A DNA stretch of 64,000 nt from an uncultured Gemmatimonadales bacterium (GCA_963783385.1 CAWANJ010000001.1:576001-640000), one strand, 5' to 3'. Positions 1-12,530 are shown, counted from the stretch's first letter. A program made the numbers and translations. The notes: generated by a model from the letters alone, not told the origin.

Positions 1-14
1 TCCCCCCTTTCGCA
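1..14 (+). tRNA. Probable 3' end of a tRNA (likely tRNA-Leu), truncated by the window edge
   Basis: T-CCCCC-CTTTCGC-A fits the last T-loop base, 5-nt T-stem 3' strand, 7-nt acceptor 3' strand and discriminator A; tRNA-Leu commonly precedes tig. Only 14 nt visible. Confidence 0.4.
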
Positions 15-74
15 TGCGGACGGGCGAAGTGGCAGAAGACCTGGGAGCACGAGGCGGGAGCCGGCGACGACACG

Positions 75-1352
75 ATGAGTGAGGATCGAGAGCCCGAGAA
101 CGGGACCGGAGGCCTGGAGGTCGAGATCGAGGAGGGCGAGGCGTGGCGCCGTCGCCTGAGGATCACGGTCTCCCCCCGGCGCGTGGCCAGCACCCGCACC
201 CTCGAACGCGAGCGCCTGGCGCGGACCGTACGGCTCAAGGGCTTCAGGCCGGGGAAGATCCCCGCCGAGGTCGTCGAGCAGCGCTTCGGTCCGGCCATCG
301 ACGACCGCACCATCCGCCGCCTGGTCGAGGATGCGTACCGGGAGGCGATCGCAGATCACGACCTCCATCCGATCGGCGAGCCCGAGATCGCGGACGTCGA
401 ATACGGCGAGGGAGAGAGCCTCTCGTTCCTGGCCGAGTTCGAGGTCGTTCCGGAGATCCGGCTGGAGCGAACCGGGGGCTTCCGGATCGAGCAGCCACCC
501 GTCGAGGTCGGCGACGAGGATGTGGAGCAGATCCTGGAGCGGATCCGTGACGACCAGGCCGTGTGGGAGCCCATAGAGCGCAGGCCCGAACAGGGCGACA
601 TGGTGTCGGTCCGGATCGGGCCGGTGGGCGAGGAGGAGGGGGCGGAGGCGGAGCTGCATTCCTACCGGTTCGAGCTGGGGAAGGGACGCGCCATTCCGGA
701 GGTCGAGGACGCGATCCGCACCCTGGCCCCCGGCGAGGCGGACGAGTTCGAGGTGGCCTTCCCCGAGGACTTCGACGACGAGGAGATGGCTGGTAAGGTC
801 CGGACGCTCCGCATCGAGCTCGTGGACGTCAAACAGAGGGGCCTTCCGGCCGTGGACGACGAGTTCGCGCGGTCCGTGGGAGACTTCGAGAGCCTCGAGG
901 CGTTGCGCGACGCGGTGCGGGACGACGTGCGCCACCACGCCGAAGAGGAGGCCGAGGACACGCTCCGCCAGCGGATCCTCGACTCCATCGCCGAGGCCAA
1001 TCCCTTCGATGTCCCTGCCGCCATGGTCGAGAGCTACCTGGACCGGATCATCGAGGCTCCCGAGAGCGCGGACCCCGAGCGGGTCCGCGAGGCGCGGCAG
1101 CAGGTCTATCCCACGGCGGAGCGCCAGATCCGCCGACAGCTGATCCTCGACCGGCTCCTCGAGGGAGGGGAATACGATTCCACGGAGGAGGAGCTGGACG
1201 CACGCCTGGCGGAGATGGGGGAGCGCCGGGGGATCGATCCGCACGACCTCAGACGTAAGCTATTACGGGACCAACAGTTGGACAGAGTGCAGCGCCAGAT
1301 CGCGGTCGAGAAGGTGTTCGACGAGCTCAAGAGCCGCTCGGAGATCCGATGA
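75..1352 (+). CDS. tig: Trigger factor
   Basis: Ribosome-binding signature GFRPGKIP, FKBP-like middle domain, 425 aa, tig-clpP-clpX order. Confidence 0.95.
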   Translation: MSEDREPENGTGGLEVEIEEGEAWRRRLRITVSPRRVASTRTLERERLARTVRLKGFRPGKIPAEVVEQRFGPAIDDRTIRRLVEDAYREAIADHDLHPIGEPEIADVEYGEGESLSFLAEFEVVPEIRLERTGGFRIEQPPVEVGDEDVEQILERIRDDQAVWEPIERRPEQGDMVSVRIGPVGEEEGAEAELHSYRFELGKGRAIPEVEDAIRTLAPGEADEFEVAFPEDFDDEEMAGKVRTLRIELVDVKQRGLPAVDDEFARSVGDFESLEALRDAVRDDVRHHAEEEAEDTLRQRILDSIAEANPFDVPAAMVESYLDRIIEAPESADPERVREARQQVYPTAERQIRRQLILDRLLEGGEYDSTEEELDARLAEMGERRGIDPHDLRRKLLRDQQLDRVQRQIAVEKVFDELKSRSEIR

Positions 1353-1503
1353 GCATCTCGGAGTGGCTGCGGCGTCCGCCGGATCGGCGGGCGGTGGACC
1401 GAGGGGAAGAGGTGGCCCCAGGTCGGAACCCTGCGGGATGGGCGGGTAGCACCACACCGTCGTCCCGACGACCCCGCGACTCCCATGAGACGGAACGAGG
1501 CAG

Positions 1504-2124
1504 ATGACGATCTACGCACCCTATGTGATCGAGCGCTCCAGCCGCGGCGAGCGCAGCTACGACATCTTCTCGCGCCTCCTCATGGACCGGATCGTGTTCC
1601 TGGGGACGCCGATCAACGACAACGTCGCGAACATCATCATCGCCCAGCTTCTCTTCCTGCAGGCCGAGAACCCCGACAAGCCCATCCACCTGTACATCAA
1701 CTGCCCGGGCGGCGGGGTGTACTCGGGGCTGGCGATCTACGACACGATGCAGTACCTGACCGCCCCGATGGCCACCACGTGCATGGGGATGGCCGCCTCC
1801 ATGGGGGCGGTGCTCCTCGCGGCGGGCGAGCACGGCCGCCGCTCGGCCCTGCCCAACTCGCGCATCATGATCCACCAGCCTTCCAGCGGTGCGCAGGGCA
1901 CGGCGGCCGACATCGAGATCCAGGCCAAGGAGATCCTCTACGCGCGCGAGCGCCTGAACCAGATCCTCGCGGATCACACGGGGCAGTCCCTCGACAAGGT
2001 GGCCGACGACGTGGACCGGGACCGGTTCATGTCGCCCCAGGAGGCGCTCGACTACGGGATCATCGATCGCGTGACCGAGCGGAAGGACGAAGAGAACGGG
2101 ACGGGCTCTCCGGCGAGCAAGTGA
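1504..2124 (+). CDS. clpP: Clp protease proteolytic subunit
   Basis: [13 protein letters not shown] (Ser), IMIHQP (His), DRD (Asp). Confidence 0.98.
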   Translation: MTIYAPYVIERSSRGERSYDIFSRLLMDRIVFLGTPINDNVANIIIAQLLFLQAENPDKPIHLYINCPGGGVYSGLAIYDTMQYLTAPMATTCMGMAASMGAVLLAAGEHGRRSALPNSRIMIHQPSSGAQGTAADIEIQAKEILYARERLNQILADHTGQSLDKVADDVDRDRFMSPQEALDYGIIDRVTERKDEENGTGSPASK

Positions 2125-2186
2125 CCCCGACCGCGGCGGCGGCCCGCGCGCCGCGGCGCAGCATGCGAGAGTAGGGAGGCGACCTC

Positions 2187-3433
<1,247 letters not shown>

Positions 3434-3437
<4 letters not shown>

Positions 3438-4027
3438 CCCGCGATCGAATCGAATTCGTCGGGGCGCAGCGCCGGCCCGGCGATCCGCTTCCGACGCGCC
3501 TCCCCCAGGTGGCTCTCGTGGGCCGCTCCAACGTGGGGAAGTCCAGCCTCATCAACGCGATGCTCGGCCGGAAGCGGCTGGCGCGCGTCTCCAAGACCCC
3601 CGGCCGGACCCGGGAGATCCACTTCTACGAGGTGGACGAGCGCTTCTGCGTAGTGGACCTGCCAGGGTACGGCTTCGCCAGCGTCCCGGCCGAGGTCCGA
3701 CAGCGCTGGACCCCCCTGATCGAGAGCTACCTGTCCACGAGTCCCGGACTCGTGGGGGTCGTGCTCCTCCTGGACGCCCGCCGCGGGCCCTCGCAGGACG
3801 ACAGGGGCATGATCGATCAGCTGGCCCGGCTCGGCACGCCGACCCTGTTCGCGCTCACCAAGGCCGACAAGCTGTCCAGGAGCGAGCGCCGCCGGGCGAC
3901 GCAGGCCATGCAGGAAACCCTCGAGCTGCCGGGGGACCAGGTGGTGGCCACCTCGGCGGTCAGCGGGGAGGGAGTGGAGACGCTGTGGAAGAGCGTCGTG
4001 TCGGCGATGGAAGAGGCGGCGTCCTAG
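3434..4027 (+). CDS. engB: Ribosome biogenesis GTPase YihA/YsxC
   Basis: [19 protein letters not shown]; GTG start overlaps the clpX stop (GTGA). Confidence 0.93.
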
Positions 4028-4031
4028 AGTC

Positions 4032-5603
4032 CTAGAGGTCGATGTCGTACTCGCGCAGCTTGCGGTACAGGGTGCGCTCGCCGATCCCCAGCTTCTCCGC
4101 CGCCTTGCGCCGGTTCCCGTCCACGTCGCGGAGCGTGGCGATGATCGCCTCGCGCTCGAGCTCCGACATGGTCATTCCGGGGCGGAAGCGGATTTCGTCC
4201 TCCTCCGGGAGCTCGGTCGTCTCGGCTTCCTCGTAAGCGGCCGGGATCTCGATCTCGGCGGCGTGGCGCTCCCCCTCCCGCAGCAGTTCCGGATGCGAGT
4301 CCCGGTAGCGCTCGAACTCCTGCCTGAGATCCTCCACGTCCATCTTGAGGTCGATGAGCGTGTGGAAGATGAACTCCATCTCCGGGATCTGCCCGGGCGA
4401 CTCGCCCGCTGCCGTCAGCGCCGTTTCCCTGGATCCACCGCCGGCCCACACGGGGAGCATGGCGCGACCACGGCCCTGCCGAATCTCGCTCGGGATGTCC
4501 TCGGCCCGGATCGTGGAACCGGGAGCCAGCACGACCATGGACTCGACCAGGTTGCGGAGCTCCCGGACGTTGCCCGGCCAGTCGTAGTCGAGCAGGAGCT
4601 GCAGCGCCTCGGGCGTGAGCCCTTTGAACTCGCGGTCGTGCGCCTCCGTGAACTCCCGGATGAACTGGCGTACGAGGATGGGGATGTCCGACCGCCGCTC
4701 CCTGAGCGGCGGCATCTCCACCTGGAGGACGTTGAGCCGGTAGTACAGGTCACGCCGGAAGGAGCCGTCCTGCACGGCGCCCGTCAGCTCCCGGTTCGTG
4801 GCCGCGATGACCCGAACGTTCACCTCGATTTCCTGGTCGCCTCCCACCCTCATGAAGCGACGCTGCTCCAGGACCCGAAGCAGGCGCGTCTGGGTGGGCG
4901 GCGGCATCTCGACCACCTCGTCCAGGAAGATCGTGCCGCCGTCGGCGAGCTCGAACATGCCCTTGCGACGCGAGGTCGCGCCCGTGAACGAACCCTTCTC
5001 GTGCCCGAACAGCTCGGATTCCAGCAGCGACTCGGGGAGCGCCGCGCAATTCACGGCGATGAAGGGCTTGCCGCGGCGCCGCGAGTACCGGTGGATGGCC
5101 CGGGCCACGAGCTCCTTCCCCGTGCCACTCTCTCCCGTGAGCAGCACGGTCGAGTTGACCGGGGCGATGAGATGAATCCGTTCGAGGACGTCCCGCACGG
5201 CTCGCGTGCGTCCGATGATGCCCGTCTCGAGCTGCACGCGGTAGCGATCGAGCTCCTGCGCCAGGACGACCTGGACTTCTTCGGCGTCGGGCGGGGCCGG
5301 CAGACACGCATCCAGGTCGTTCTCGGCGGCCAGCGTCGAGAGGCCATCTTCGGTCGCCTTCACGACCGCGAGCAGCGGCGGCCGCGGGATGAGCTCGTCC
5401 AGACGACGGCGCATCGCCCCGGCGCGCTCGCCGCCCGGAGCCGACGTCAGCACCAGGGCGATCTCCTCCTCGCCCTCGCGACGGCGGTGGTCGAGCTCGC
5501 GGGCGGACTCGATCATCTCGATCTCGTGTCCGTCGGCCTGGACCGCCTCGCGGACGGCGACCGCCGTCTCGAGTTCTCCGGTGTCGATGAACACGCGAGC
5601 CAC
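4032..5603 (-). CDS. Sigma-54-dependent Fis-family activator with degenerate receiver-like N-terminus
   Basis: GESGTGKE, ESELFGHEKGSFTGA, WPGNVREL, C-terminal HTH (GNRRKAAEKLGIGERTLYRKL). Confidence 0.92.
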   Translation of the reverse strand: MARVFIDTGELETAVAVREAVQADGHEIEMIESARELDHRRREGEEEIALVLTSAPGGERAGAMRRRLDELIPRPPLLAVVKATEDGLSTLAAENDLDACLPAPPDAEEVQVVLAQELDRYRVQLETGIIGRTRAVRDVLERIHLIAPVNSTVLLTGESGTGKELVARAIHRYSRRRGKPFIAVNCAALPESLLESELFGHEKGSFTGATSRRKGMFELADGGTIFLDEVVEMPPPTQTRLLRVLEQRRFMRVGGDQEIEVNVRVIAATNRELTGAVQDGSFRRDLYYRLNVLQVEMPPLRERRSDIPILVRQFIREFTEAHDREFKGLTPEALQLLLDYDWPGNVRELRNLVESMVVLAPGSTIRAEDIPSEIRQGRGRAMLPVWAGGGSRETALTAAGESPGQIPEMEFIFHTLIDLKMDVEDLRQEFERYRDSHPELLREGERHAAEIEIPAAYEEAETTELPEEDEIRFRPGMTMSELEREAIIATLRDVDGNRRKAAEKLGIGERTLYRKLREYDIDL

Positions 5604-5617
5604 GATTGCCTCGTGCT

Positions 5618-6115
5618 CTAGGTATCGGTGGAGTGCGACGTGACGCCACCCAGGATGTCCAGCGCGTGCGCGACCAGTGGATCGAGGGCCTCCAGCCCGT
5701 CGGCCACGCCGGACGGGCTACCGGGCAGGTTGACGATGAGGCTGGCGGCACGGAGTCCGGCCACCCCCCGGCTCAGGTCGGCGTACGGGACTTCGCCCCG
5801 GCTCGCGGCGCGCATCCGCTCGGCCACGCCGGGCGCGTCGCGCTCGATCACCGCCCGCGTCGCCTCGGGCGTCACATCCCGCGGGGAGAACCCGGTGCCC
5901 CCGGTCGTCAGCACGAGCGTGCAGCCCTGCCGATCCACCAGGTCGAGCAGCCCCCTCACGATCGCCGTGCGCTCGTCGGGCACCACCCGTCGGGCCGCCA
6001 CCCTCCAGCCACGCCCCTCGGCCCAGGCGGCGATCCGATCACCGGACCGATCGTCCCGCGTTCCGGCAGCGACGCCGTCGGACACGGTGAGGACTCCGAC
6101 CCGAACCTCCTTCAT
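5618..6115 (-). CDS. MogA/MoaB molybdopterin adenylyltransferase family
   Basis: [27 protein letters not shown]. Confidence 0.9.
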   Translation of the reverse strand: MKEVRVGVLTVSDGVAAGTRDDRSGDRIAAWAEGRGWRVAARRVVPDERTAIVRGLLDLVDRQGCTLVLTTGGTGFSPRDVTPEATRAVIERDAPGVAERMRAASRGEVPYADLSRGVAGLRAASLIVNLPGSPSGVADGLEALDPLVAHALDILGGVTSHSTDT

Positions 6116-7239
6116 CGGCGCAGCGAGCCGTCCCGGTAGAAGGGCATCGACTCGACCGTGCCCGGGACCTCCTCGTCACGGATGACCACGGCGACCTCAT
6201 CACCCGGCGCGGCGTCGGCCGGGAGGTACGCGGTTCCGATCCCGTAGCCGAGGGTGGGGCTCACCGTCCCGCTGCGCACCGGCCCCACCTCCGAGCCGGC
6301 GAATCGGACGGGATATCCGGCCCGCGGGAAGCCGCGCTCCGTGAGCCGGAATCCGCGCAGCCGACGCCGGATGCCCTCCTCCTTCTGGCGGCGGAGCGCC
6401 TCGCGGCCCACGAAGGGTCCCTTGTCGAGCTTGACCAACCATCCGAGGCCGGCTTCCAGTGGCGTCGTCTTCCGGTCGATGTCGTTGCCGTAGAGCGCGT
6501 AGCCCATCTCCAGCCTGAGCGTGTCGCGGGCGCCCAGGCCCGCGGGAACCAGGCCGACCGACTCGCCCGCCTGGAGCAGCCGCCGCCACACCCGCCCGGC
6601 GTCGGAGGCGGCGACGTACAGCTCGAAGCCATCCTCCCCGGTGTACCCCGTGCGGCTGATGACCGCCGGAACGTCGTCGACCCTGCCCTCCACGAAGTGG
6701 TAGAAGCCGATGGGGTCCAGGGCTTCGGAGGCCAGGGGCTGCAGGATCTCCGGGGCCGCCGGCCCCTGCAGCGCCAGGAGCGCGATCTCTTCGCTCTCGT
6801 CGGTGAGCTCGGCGTCCGCCTCCCCCGCGTGCTCCACGACGTGCGCCCAGTCCGCCGCCAGGTTGGCGGCGTTGACCACGAGCCGGAAGAGGTCTTCGCC
6901 CAGCCTGTAGACCACCAGGTCGTCCTGGATCCCTCCATCCTCGATGCACATGGCGCTGTATTGCGCCTGACCGATCGACAGGCGGGACGGATCGTTGGTG
7001 GTGATCCCGGATACGAGCTCGAGGGCACCGGGCCCCTCCACCCGGAACTCCCCCATGTGCGATACGTCGAAAAGTCCGGCGGCCGTGCGCACCGCCTCGT
7101 GCTCCGCCCGAATGCCGGTCGGATACTGGACCGGCATGGCGAAGCCGCCGAAGGGAACGAGCTTGGCGCCCAGCCGGACGTGCTCGTCGTACAGCGGCGT
7201 CTTCCGCGGCGTCCCGGTCTCCTGATCGTGGCTCATCAC
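6112..7239 (-). CDS. gcvT: Glycine cleavage system aminomethyltransferase T
   Basis: [31 protein letters not shown]. Confidence 0.97.
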   Translation of the reverse strand: MMSHDQETGTPRKTPLYDEHVRLGAKLVPFGGFAMPVQYPTGIRAEHEAVRTAAGLFDVSHMGEFRVEGPGALELVSGITTNDPSRLSIGQAQYSAMCIEDGGIQDDLVVYRLGEDLFRLVVNAANLAADWAHVVEHAGEADAELTDESEEIALLALQGPAAPEILQPLASEALDPIGFYHFVEGRVDDVPAVISRTGYTGEDGFELYVAASDAGRVWRRLLQAGESVGLVPAGLGARDTLRLEMGYALYGNDIDRKTTPLEAGLGWLVKLDKGPFVGREALRRQKEEGIRRRLRGFRLTERGFPRAGYPVRFAGSEVGPVRSGTVSPTLGYGIGTAYLPADAAPGDEVAVVIRDEEVPGTVESMPFYRDGSLRR

Positions 7240-7284
7240 GTCTCCCCTAGCTTCTTCTCGAATGGGCGCGGCCTTCCCGGCCGG

Positions 7285-8208
7285 TCAGCCCGCCAGCAGC
7301 TCCACCAGCAGCGCCTTCTGTGCGTGCAGGCGATTCTCGGCTTCGTCCCACACCCGGGAGCGAGGCCCGTCGATCACGGCCGCCGCCACCTCCTCGCCCC
7401 TGTGGGCCGGCAGGCAATGCAGGAAGATCGCGTCGGAAGCCGCCCCACGCATGAGGGCCTCGTCCACGACGAAACCCTGGAAGTCCCGCCGCCGCTGCTC
7501 CGCCTCCTCCTCCTGGCCCATGGAAGCCCACACATCGGTGGTGACCACGCGGGCCCCATCCGCGGCCCGCATCGGATCGCGCTCCAGGTGAACGGTGCCG
7601 CTCGCGGAGCCGACCGCGAGCAGCTCCGGATCCGGATCGTATCCCTCCGGGCAGGCCAGGCGAAGATCCAGGCCGAGCTTGATCGCAGCGTGGATCCACG
7701 AGTTGGCCATGTTGTTGCCGTCCCCGATCCAGGCCACGGAGATCCCCTCGAGGTCCCGCCCGAACGCCTCCTGCACGGTCATGAGGTCGGCCATCACCTG
7801 GCACGGGTGGAGGAGGTCGGTGAGGCCGTTGAGGACCGGAATGGAGCCGTGGCGGGCCAGGTCCTCGACGTCGGACTGGGCGAAGGTCCGGATCATGATG
7901 CCGTCGACGTAGCGGGACAGGACGCGCGCCGTGTCGGCGATCGGTTCGCCCCGGCCCAGCTGGATGTCCCTGGAGGAGAGGAAGAGCGCGTGGCCGCCCA
8001 GCTGGTACATCCCGGTTTCGAACGAAACCCGCGTGCGGGTGGAGCTCTTGGCGAAGATCATCCCGAGCGTCCGCCCGGCCAGTGGCCGGTGGGCCTGGTC
8101 CCGGCCGCGGGCCTTGAGGCGCGCGCCCGCCTCCAGCACGTCCAGGAGCCGGCCCGTGGGCCAGTCACCGATGGACAGGAAGTGTCCTTGCCGGTCGAAA
8201 TTCGTCAC
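7285..8208 (-). CDS. argF: Ornithine carbamoyltransferase
   Basis: SSTRTR, HPCQ, DVWASMG, HCLP. Confidence 0.95.
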   Translation of the reverse strand: MTNFDRQGHFLSIGDWPTGRLLDVLEAGARLKARGRDQAHRPLAGRTLGMIFAKSSTRTRVSFETGMYQLGGHALFLSSRDIQLGRGEPIADTARVLSRYVDGIMIRTFAQSDVEDLARHGSIPVLNGLTDLLHPCQVMADLMTVQEAFGRDLEGISVAWIGDGNNMANSWIHAAIKLGLDLRLACPEGYDPDPELLAVGSASGTVHLERDPMRAADGARVVTTDVWASMGQEEEAEQRRRDFQGFVVDEALMRGAASDAIFLHCLPAHRGEEVAAAVIDGPRSRVWDEAENRLHAQKALLVELLAG

Positions 8209-8281
8209 GTCGCCTCCCGAAGAGCAGGTCCTCGTCCAGGTCGCCCGCCGCCACCGGGCTGGAGTGGCGACCGACGTGTCG

Positions 8282-8581
8282 TCACGCGCCGCCCAGCCAG
8301 GCTCCCACCAGGAGCATGATCAGGAGGAGGAGGGCGAGCCCCGCCTCCTTCCAGTCGCGCTCCCGGGCATACTGGACGGCGGCGACCAGCATGGCCACCA
8401 GTGGCGCGACGAGCAACAAGGCCGCCCCCCCCATGCCCACCACCCGCAGGCTCCGGTCCAGCATGTCCACCAGGAACGCCGCACCCGCGATCCGGGTGGT
8501 CCACAGGAGGAGGGCCGCCAGGTGACGATGTGTCGCAGTGCGATCGCCCCAGCGACGCGCCGTCTCGGCCGGGACGCTCAC
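8282..8581 (-). CDS. Small membrane protein (DUF1634-like partner of TauE/SafE)
   Basis: Three hydrophobic segments; GTG start overlaps the upstream TauE stop; typical pairing. Confidence 0.55.
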   Translation of the reverse strand: MSVPAETARRWGDRTATHRHLAALLLWTTRIAGAAFLVDMLDRSLRVVGMGGAALLLVAPLVAMLVAAVQYARERDWKEAGLALLLLIMLLVGAWLGGA

Positions 8582-9345
8582 CGAGCCGCCCCGCCCAGGG
8601 CCCGCCAGGTCATCTCCCCCGCCACGTACAGCAGCACGGCCACGAGTACGTAGCGGACCCAACGGTCCGGAACGCGGTCGCTGAGGCGCGATCCGACCGA
8701 GCTCCCCACCAGCACGCCCAGCGCCACGGGCGCCGCGTAGGCCAGCACCAGGTCGCCCCTCATCCAGTAGATCCAGGCGCTCGCGGACGCCGTGAGCCCG
8801 ACCATGAACGTGCTGGTGGCCGCCGCCACGTCGAGCGGGATGTCCATCAGCGCGTGCATGATGGGGACCTTGGCGAACCCTCCCCCGATCCCGAGGAGCC
8901 CGGAGGCGACCCCGGCGCCGGCCGAGGCCCCCATCCCGAGGCCCAGGTGCCGCACCTCCCCGGGGCCCCGGGCCACCTCGCCTCCGGCCGTCCTGCCGCG
9001 CAGGAGCACCACGGCCGCGTACAGCACGGCCGCGGAGAACAGGAGGTAGAGGACGTGCGGCGGAATCAGCGCCGCCGCGAGACCGCCCCCCACGGCTCCG
9101 GCCACCGCCATGACTTCCAGACGGAGGGCCAGTGGAAGGTCCACGCGGCCCTCGCCCAGGTACACGGCGGCCGAGCCCGCCGATGTGGCGACGACGCCCA
9201 GCAGGCTCGCCGCCACGGCCTGGCGCACGGGGACCCCGAACAGGAGGAGGAGCCCGGGCACGATGAACACGCCTCCGCCAATGCCGACGATGCTGCCCAC
9301 GAACCCGGCTCCGAGCCCCAGCCCGAGGAGCGCGAGCGGGATCAC
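8578..9345 (-). CDS. Sulfite exporter TauE/SafE family membrane protein
   Basis: Duplicated GIGGG motifs, AATS motif, about 8 TM segments. Confidence 0.88.
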   Translation of the reverse strand: MIPLALLGLGLGAGFVGSIVGIGGGVFIVPGLLLLFGVPVRQAVAASLLGVVATSAGSAAVYLGEGRVDLPLALRLEVMAVAGAVGGGLAAALIPPHVLYLLFSAAVLYAAVVLLRGRTAGGEVARGPGEVRHLGLGMGASAGAGVASGLLGIGGGFAKVPIMHALMDIPLDVAAATSTFMVGLTASASAWIYWMRGDLVLAYAAPVALGVLVGSSVGSRLSDRVPDRWVRYVLVAVLLYVAGEMTWRALGGAAR

Positions 9346-9411
9346 CCGTCCTCCCTCGGCGCCCGGGTCACGGCCAGCGGCGCTGCGCCGGGCGGTGGAC
9401 GGCCGCTCGGC

Positions 9412-10974
9412 TCAGAGGATGTACCGCCGCAGGTCTTCGTCCTCCGCGATATCCTGCAGCCGATCGCGTACGAACGTACCGTCGATCTCGATCACCTTCT
9501 CAGCGTCGGGATCGGGGAGATCGAACATGACCTGCTCGAGCACGGTGGTGAGGACCGTGTGCAGCCGCCGGGCACCGATGTTCTCCATGCGCTCGTTGAC
9601 CTCGGCGGCGATGCGCGCCAGCTCCCGGATGGCCTCCTCGGTGAAGCGGAGCTCCATGCCCTCCGTGGCGACCAGGGCGATGTACTGGCTGAGGAGCGCG
9701 TTCTTGGGCTCGCACAGGATGCGGGCGAAGTCGTCGGCATCCAGGCTGCGCAGCTCGACCCGGATCGGAAAGCGGCCCTGCAGCTCCGGTATGAGGTCGG
9801 ACGGCGAGGACACATGGAAGGCGCCGGCCGCGATGAACAGGATGTGGTCGGTGTCCACGAGACCGTACTTGGTCGGCACGGTGGAGCCTTCCACGATCGG
9901 CAGAAGGTCGCGCTGCACGCCCTCCCTGGATACGTCAATGCCGCCAGCGGACCCACGCTCTCCGGCCACCTTGTCGAGCTCGTCGAGGAAGACGATCCCC
10001 ATGTTCTCGGCGCGCTCGAGCGCCTCGTCGATCACCTCGTCCATGTCGACCATGCGGTCGAGCTCTTCCGAGAGGAGGATCCGCCGGGCCTCGGCCACCG
10101 TGACCTCCCGCCGACGGGTCTTCTTGGGCAACATGTCCTGGAGGACCTCGCCCACGTTCCAGTCGAGCCCCTCCATGCCCGGAGCGTTCATGTCGAGGAG
10201 GGGAACCGAGCTCTCGCTGATCTCGACCTCGACGGTGCGCTCCTCCAGCTTCCCGTCGCGCAGGAGGCCTCGCAGCTTCTCGCGCGTCCGGCGGCGGCGG
10301 GACGGCGTCGCATCGGTCCCGGCGGCGTGCCCGTCGCCGGCCTCCTCGGCGGCCCGCTCCTGCTCCCGCGCCTGCGCCTCGCCGGTCGCCGACACGACGA
10401 AGGTGCGGGGCGCCGGACGCCCGGCGGGCCGCTCCTGGCCGGGCCCCGGGGGGCCGGCGGGGACCGCAGTGGGTTCGGGCTCCCGGGCGACAGGCGGCAG
10501 CAGCATGTCGAGCAGCCGCTCCTCCACGCGCTCCTCGGCCGGCCCGCGCATGGCGTCCTCACGCTCTCCGCGTACCATGTTGACCGAGATGTCCACCAGG
10601 TCGCGGACCATCGATTCGACGTCCCGTCCGACGTAACCCACCTCCGTGAACTTGGAGGCCTCGACCTTGATGAAGGGCGCGCCGGAGAGCCGCGCCAGGC
10701 GCCGCGCGATCTCGGTCTTCCCCACGCCGGTGGGTCCGATCATGATGATGTTGTTCGGGAGGATCTCGTCCCGGAGCTCCTCCTCCACCTGCCGGCGACG
10801 CCATCGATTCCGCAGGGCGATGGCCACCGCTTTCTTGGCATCGTCCTGTCCGATGATGTACAGGTCCAGCTCCCGGACGATCTCCCTCGGCGTCCAGTCG
10901 GCCGTGCCGCTCCGGTCCTCGGGAGCAGCGGCCTCGCCGCGCCCCGTCTCCCGGTCGTCCTGCATGTCGTTCAC
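9412..10974 (-). CDS. hslU: HslUV protease ATPase subunit
   Basis: [39 protein letters not shown]-terminal RYIL. Confidence 0.97.
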   Translation of the reverse strand: MNDMQDDRETGRGEAAAPEDRSGTADWTPREIVRELDLYIIGQDDAKKAVAIALRNRWRRRQVEEELRDEILPNNIIMIGPTGVGKTEIARRLARLSGAPFIKVEASKFTEVGYVGRDVESMVRDLVDISVNMVRGEREDAMRGPAEERVEERLLDMLLPPVAREPEPTAVPAGPPGPGQERPAGRPAPRTFVVSATGEAQAREQERAAEEAGDGHAAGTDATPSRRRRTREKLRGLLRDGKLEERTVEVEISESSVPLLDMNAPGMEGLDWNVGEVLQDMLPKKTRRREVTVAEARRILLSEELDRMVDMDEVIDEALERAENMGIVFLDELDKVAGERGSAGGIDVSREGVQRDLLPIVEGSTVPTKYGLVDTDHILFIAAGAFHVSSPSDLIPELQGRFPIRVELRSLDADDFARILCEPKNALLSQYIALVATEGMELRFTEEAIRELARIAAEVNERMENIGARRLHTVLTTVLEQVMFDLPDPDAEKVIEIDGTFVRDRLQDIAEDEDLRRYIL

Positions 10975-11002
10975 GCTGTCTCGCGAGGCTCCCGTGGACG
11001 TG

Positions 11003-11563
11003 TCATTTCGCCTCGACCTCGAGGACGGTGATCTCCCGGTTCGTGTACACGCAGATGTCGGCGGCGATCTCCAGAGCCCGGCGCACCAGGTCCGGGGCCG
11101 CGAGTGCCGAGTCCCCCATCAGGGCCCGGGCCGCGGCGAGCGCGTAGGCTCCGCCGGACCCCAGCGCCAGGATGCCGTCGTCGGGCTCGATCACCTCGCC
11201 GTTGCCGGACACCAGGAAGCTGTGCTCGCGGTCGGCCACGGCCAGCAGGGCCTCGAGCCGTCGCAGGAACTTGTCGCTGCGCCACTCCTTGGCCAGCTCG
11301 ACCGCGGCGCGGGTCAGGTTGCCCGGATGCCGCTCCAGCTGCGCCTCGAACTTCTCGAACAGCGTGAACGCGTCGGCCACCCCGCCCGCGAACCCGGCCA
11401 GGATGGTGCCGTCCTTCATCCGGCGCACCTTCCGCGCCCGAGCCTTGACCACGGTGTCGTCCATGGTGACCTGGCCGTCCCCGCCCATGGCCACCTGGCC
11501 GTCACGACGGACGCACAGGATCGTGGTCGCCTCGAAGGCCGTTCGCCCCGCCCGAATCGTCAT
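11003..11563 (-). CDS. hslV: HslUV protease peptidase subunit
   Basis: Short propeptide then TTI nucleophile, GDGQVT, GSGG, DICVYTN. Confidence 0.97.
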   Translation of the reverse strand: MTIRAGRTAFEATTILCVRRDGQVAMGGDGQVTMDDTVVKARARKVRRMKDGTILAGFAGGVADAFTLFEKFEAQLERHPGNLTRAAVELAKEWRSDKFLRRLEALLAVADREHSFLVSGNGEVIEPDDGILALGSGGAYALAAARALMGDSALAAPDLVRRALEIAADICVYTNREITVLEVEAK

Positions 11564-11591
11564 GTCCCCGCTCCCTGGAGCACGGTCCCCC

Positions 11592-12530
11592 TCACTCGGC
11601 CCGCGGGTGCGCCTGGCGGTACACCCGCTTGAGACGCTCCCGCGACGTGTGCGTGTAGATACGCGTGGTCGAGAGGCTGGCGTGACCCAGGAGCTCCTTG
11701 ACCGCCACGAGATCCGCCCCCCGGTCCAGCATGTGGGTGGCGAAGGAGTGGCGCAGGGCGTGGGTCGACAACCGCTCGCCCGCCGCTACTGCATCCAGCG
11801 TGCCCGTCACGGCCCGCTGGATCTGACGCCGCGACAGCCGGCCGCCCCGGATCGACACAAACACCGGGAGCCGCGGCAGCTTCCCGCCCGCACCCGCGTC
11901 GGTCTCCGCTCGCTCGGAGCGCGCCGGAAGGTAGGTCCGTAGCGCGTCGACCGCCGGTCGGCCCACGGGCACGATGCGCTCCTTGCGGCCCTTCCCGACG
12001 ACCCGCACCTGTCGCCCGGCGAGGTCCACGTCCTGCAGATCCAGCTGCTGAATCTCGGCCAGCCGGAGGCCGCAGGAGTACAGGAGCTCGATCAGCGCCC
12101 GGTTCCGCAGTGCCAGGAAGCCGCCGTCCCGCGCCGCCCGCTCTCGGAGCAGGTCGAACAGGTCGGTGGTCTGGTCCGCCGACAGGTAGCCGGGCAGGGT
12201 GCGCTCGCGGCCCGGTGATCGTACCAGGCGGGCCGGGCTCGACTCGACCCTCCCCGTTCGATGCAGGAATCGGAACAGGGCGCGGACGGCCGAGAGCTTC
12301 CGGGACATGGTGGACCGGGCCAACCCGCGACGGTCCAGCTCCCCCAGGAAGGCGCGGACGGCCTGGCGGTCGATCTCCGGCCACTCCCAGGAGCGGGAGC
12401 CCAGGTAGCCGTCCAGGAACTCCACGAACAAGCGGAGGTCGCGCCGGTAGCCCGAAACCGTGTGCGGGGAGAGCAGACGCTCCTTCTCCGCGTAGCGCAG
12501 GAAGTCCCGGACCGCTTCTCTGCCGTCCAT
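11592..12530 (-). CDS. xerC: Tyrosine recombinase XerC
   Basis: [29 protein letters not shown]; topA-xerC-hslVU context. Confidence 0.9.
   Translation of the reverse strand: MDGREAVRDFLRYAEKERLLSPHTVSGYRRDLRLFVEFLDGYLGSRSWEWPEIDRQAVRAFLGELDRRGLARSTMSRKLSAVRALFRFLHRTGRVESSPARLVRSPGRERTLPGYLSADQTTDLFDLLRERAARDGGFLALRNRALIELLYSCGLRLAEIQQLDLQDVDLAGRQVRVVGKGRKERIVPVGRPAVDALRTYLPARSERAETDAGAGGKLPRLPVFVSIRGGRLSRRQIQRAVTGTLDAVAAGERLSTHALRHSFATHMLDRGADLVAVKELLGHASLSTTRIYTHTSRERLKRVYRQAHPRAE

Noticed and set aside
1353-1503. tig-clpP intergenic region as an ncRNA
   Set aside because: Only weak GC-rich hairpins expected by chance; no recognisable RNA family
11592-12530. Tyrosine recombinase as an integrase or island marker
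   Set aside because: Size, motifs and topA-hslVU context indicate chromosomal XerC; no att sites or phage genes seen
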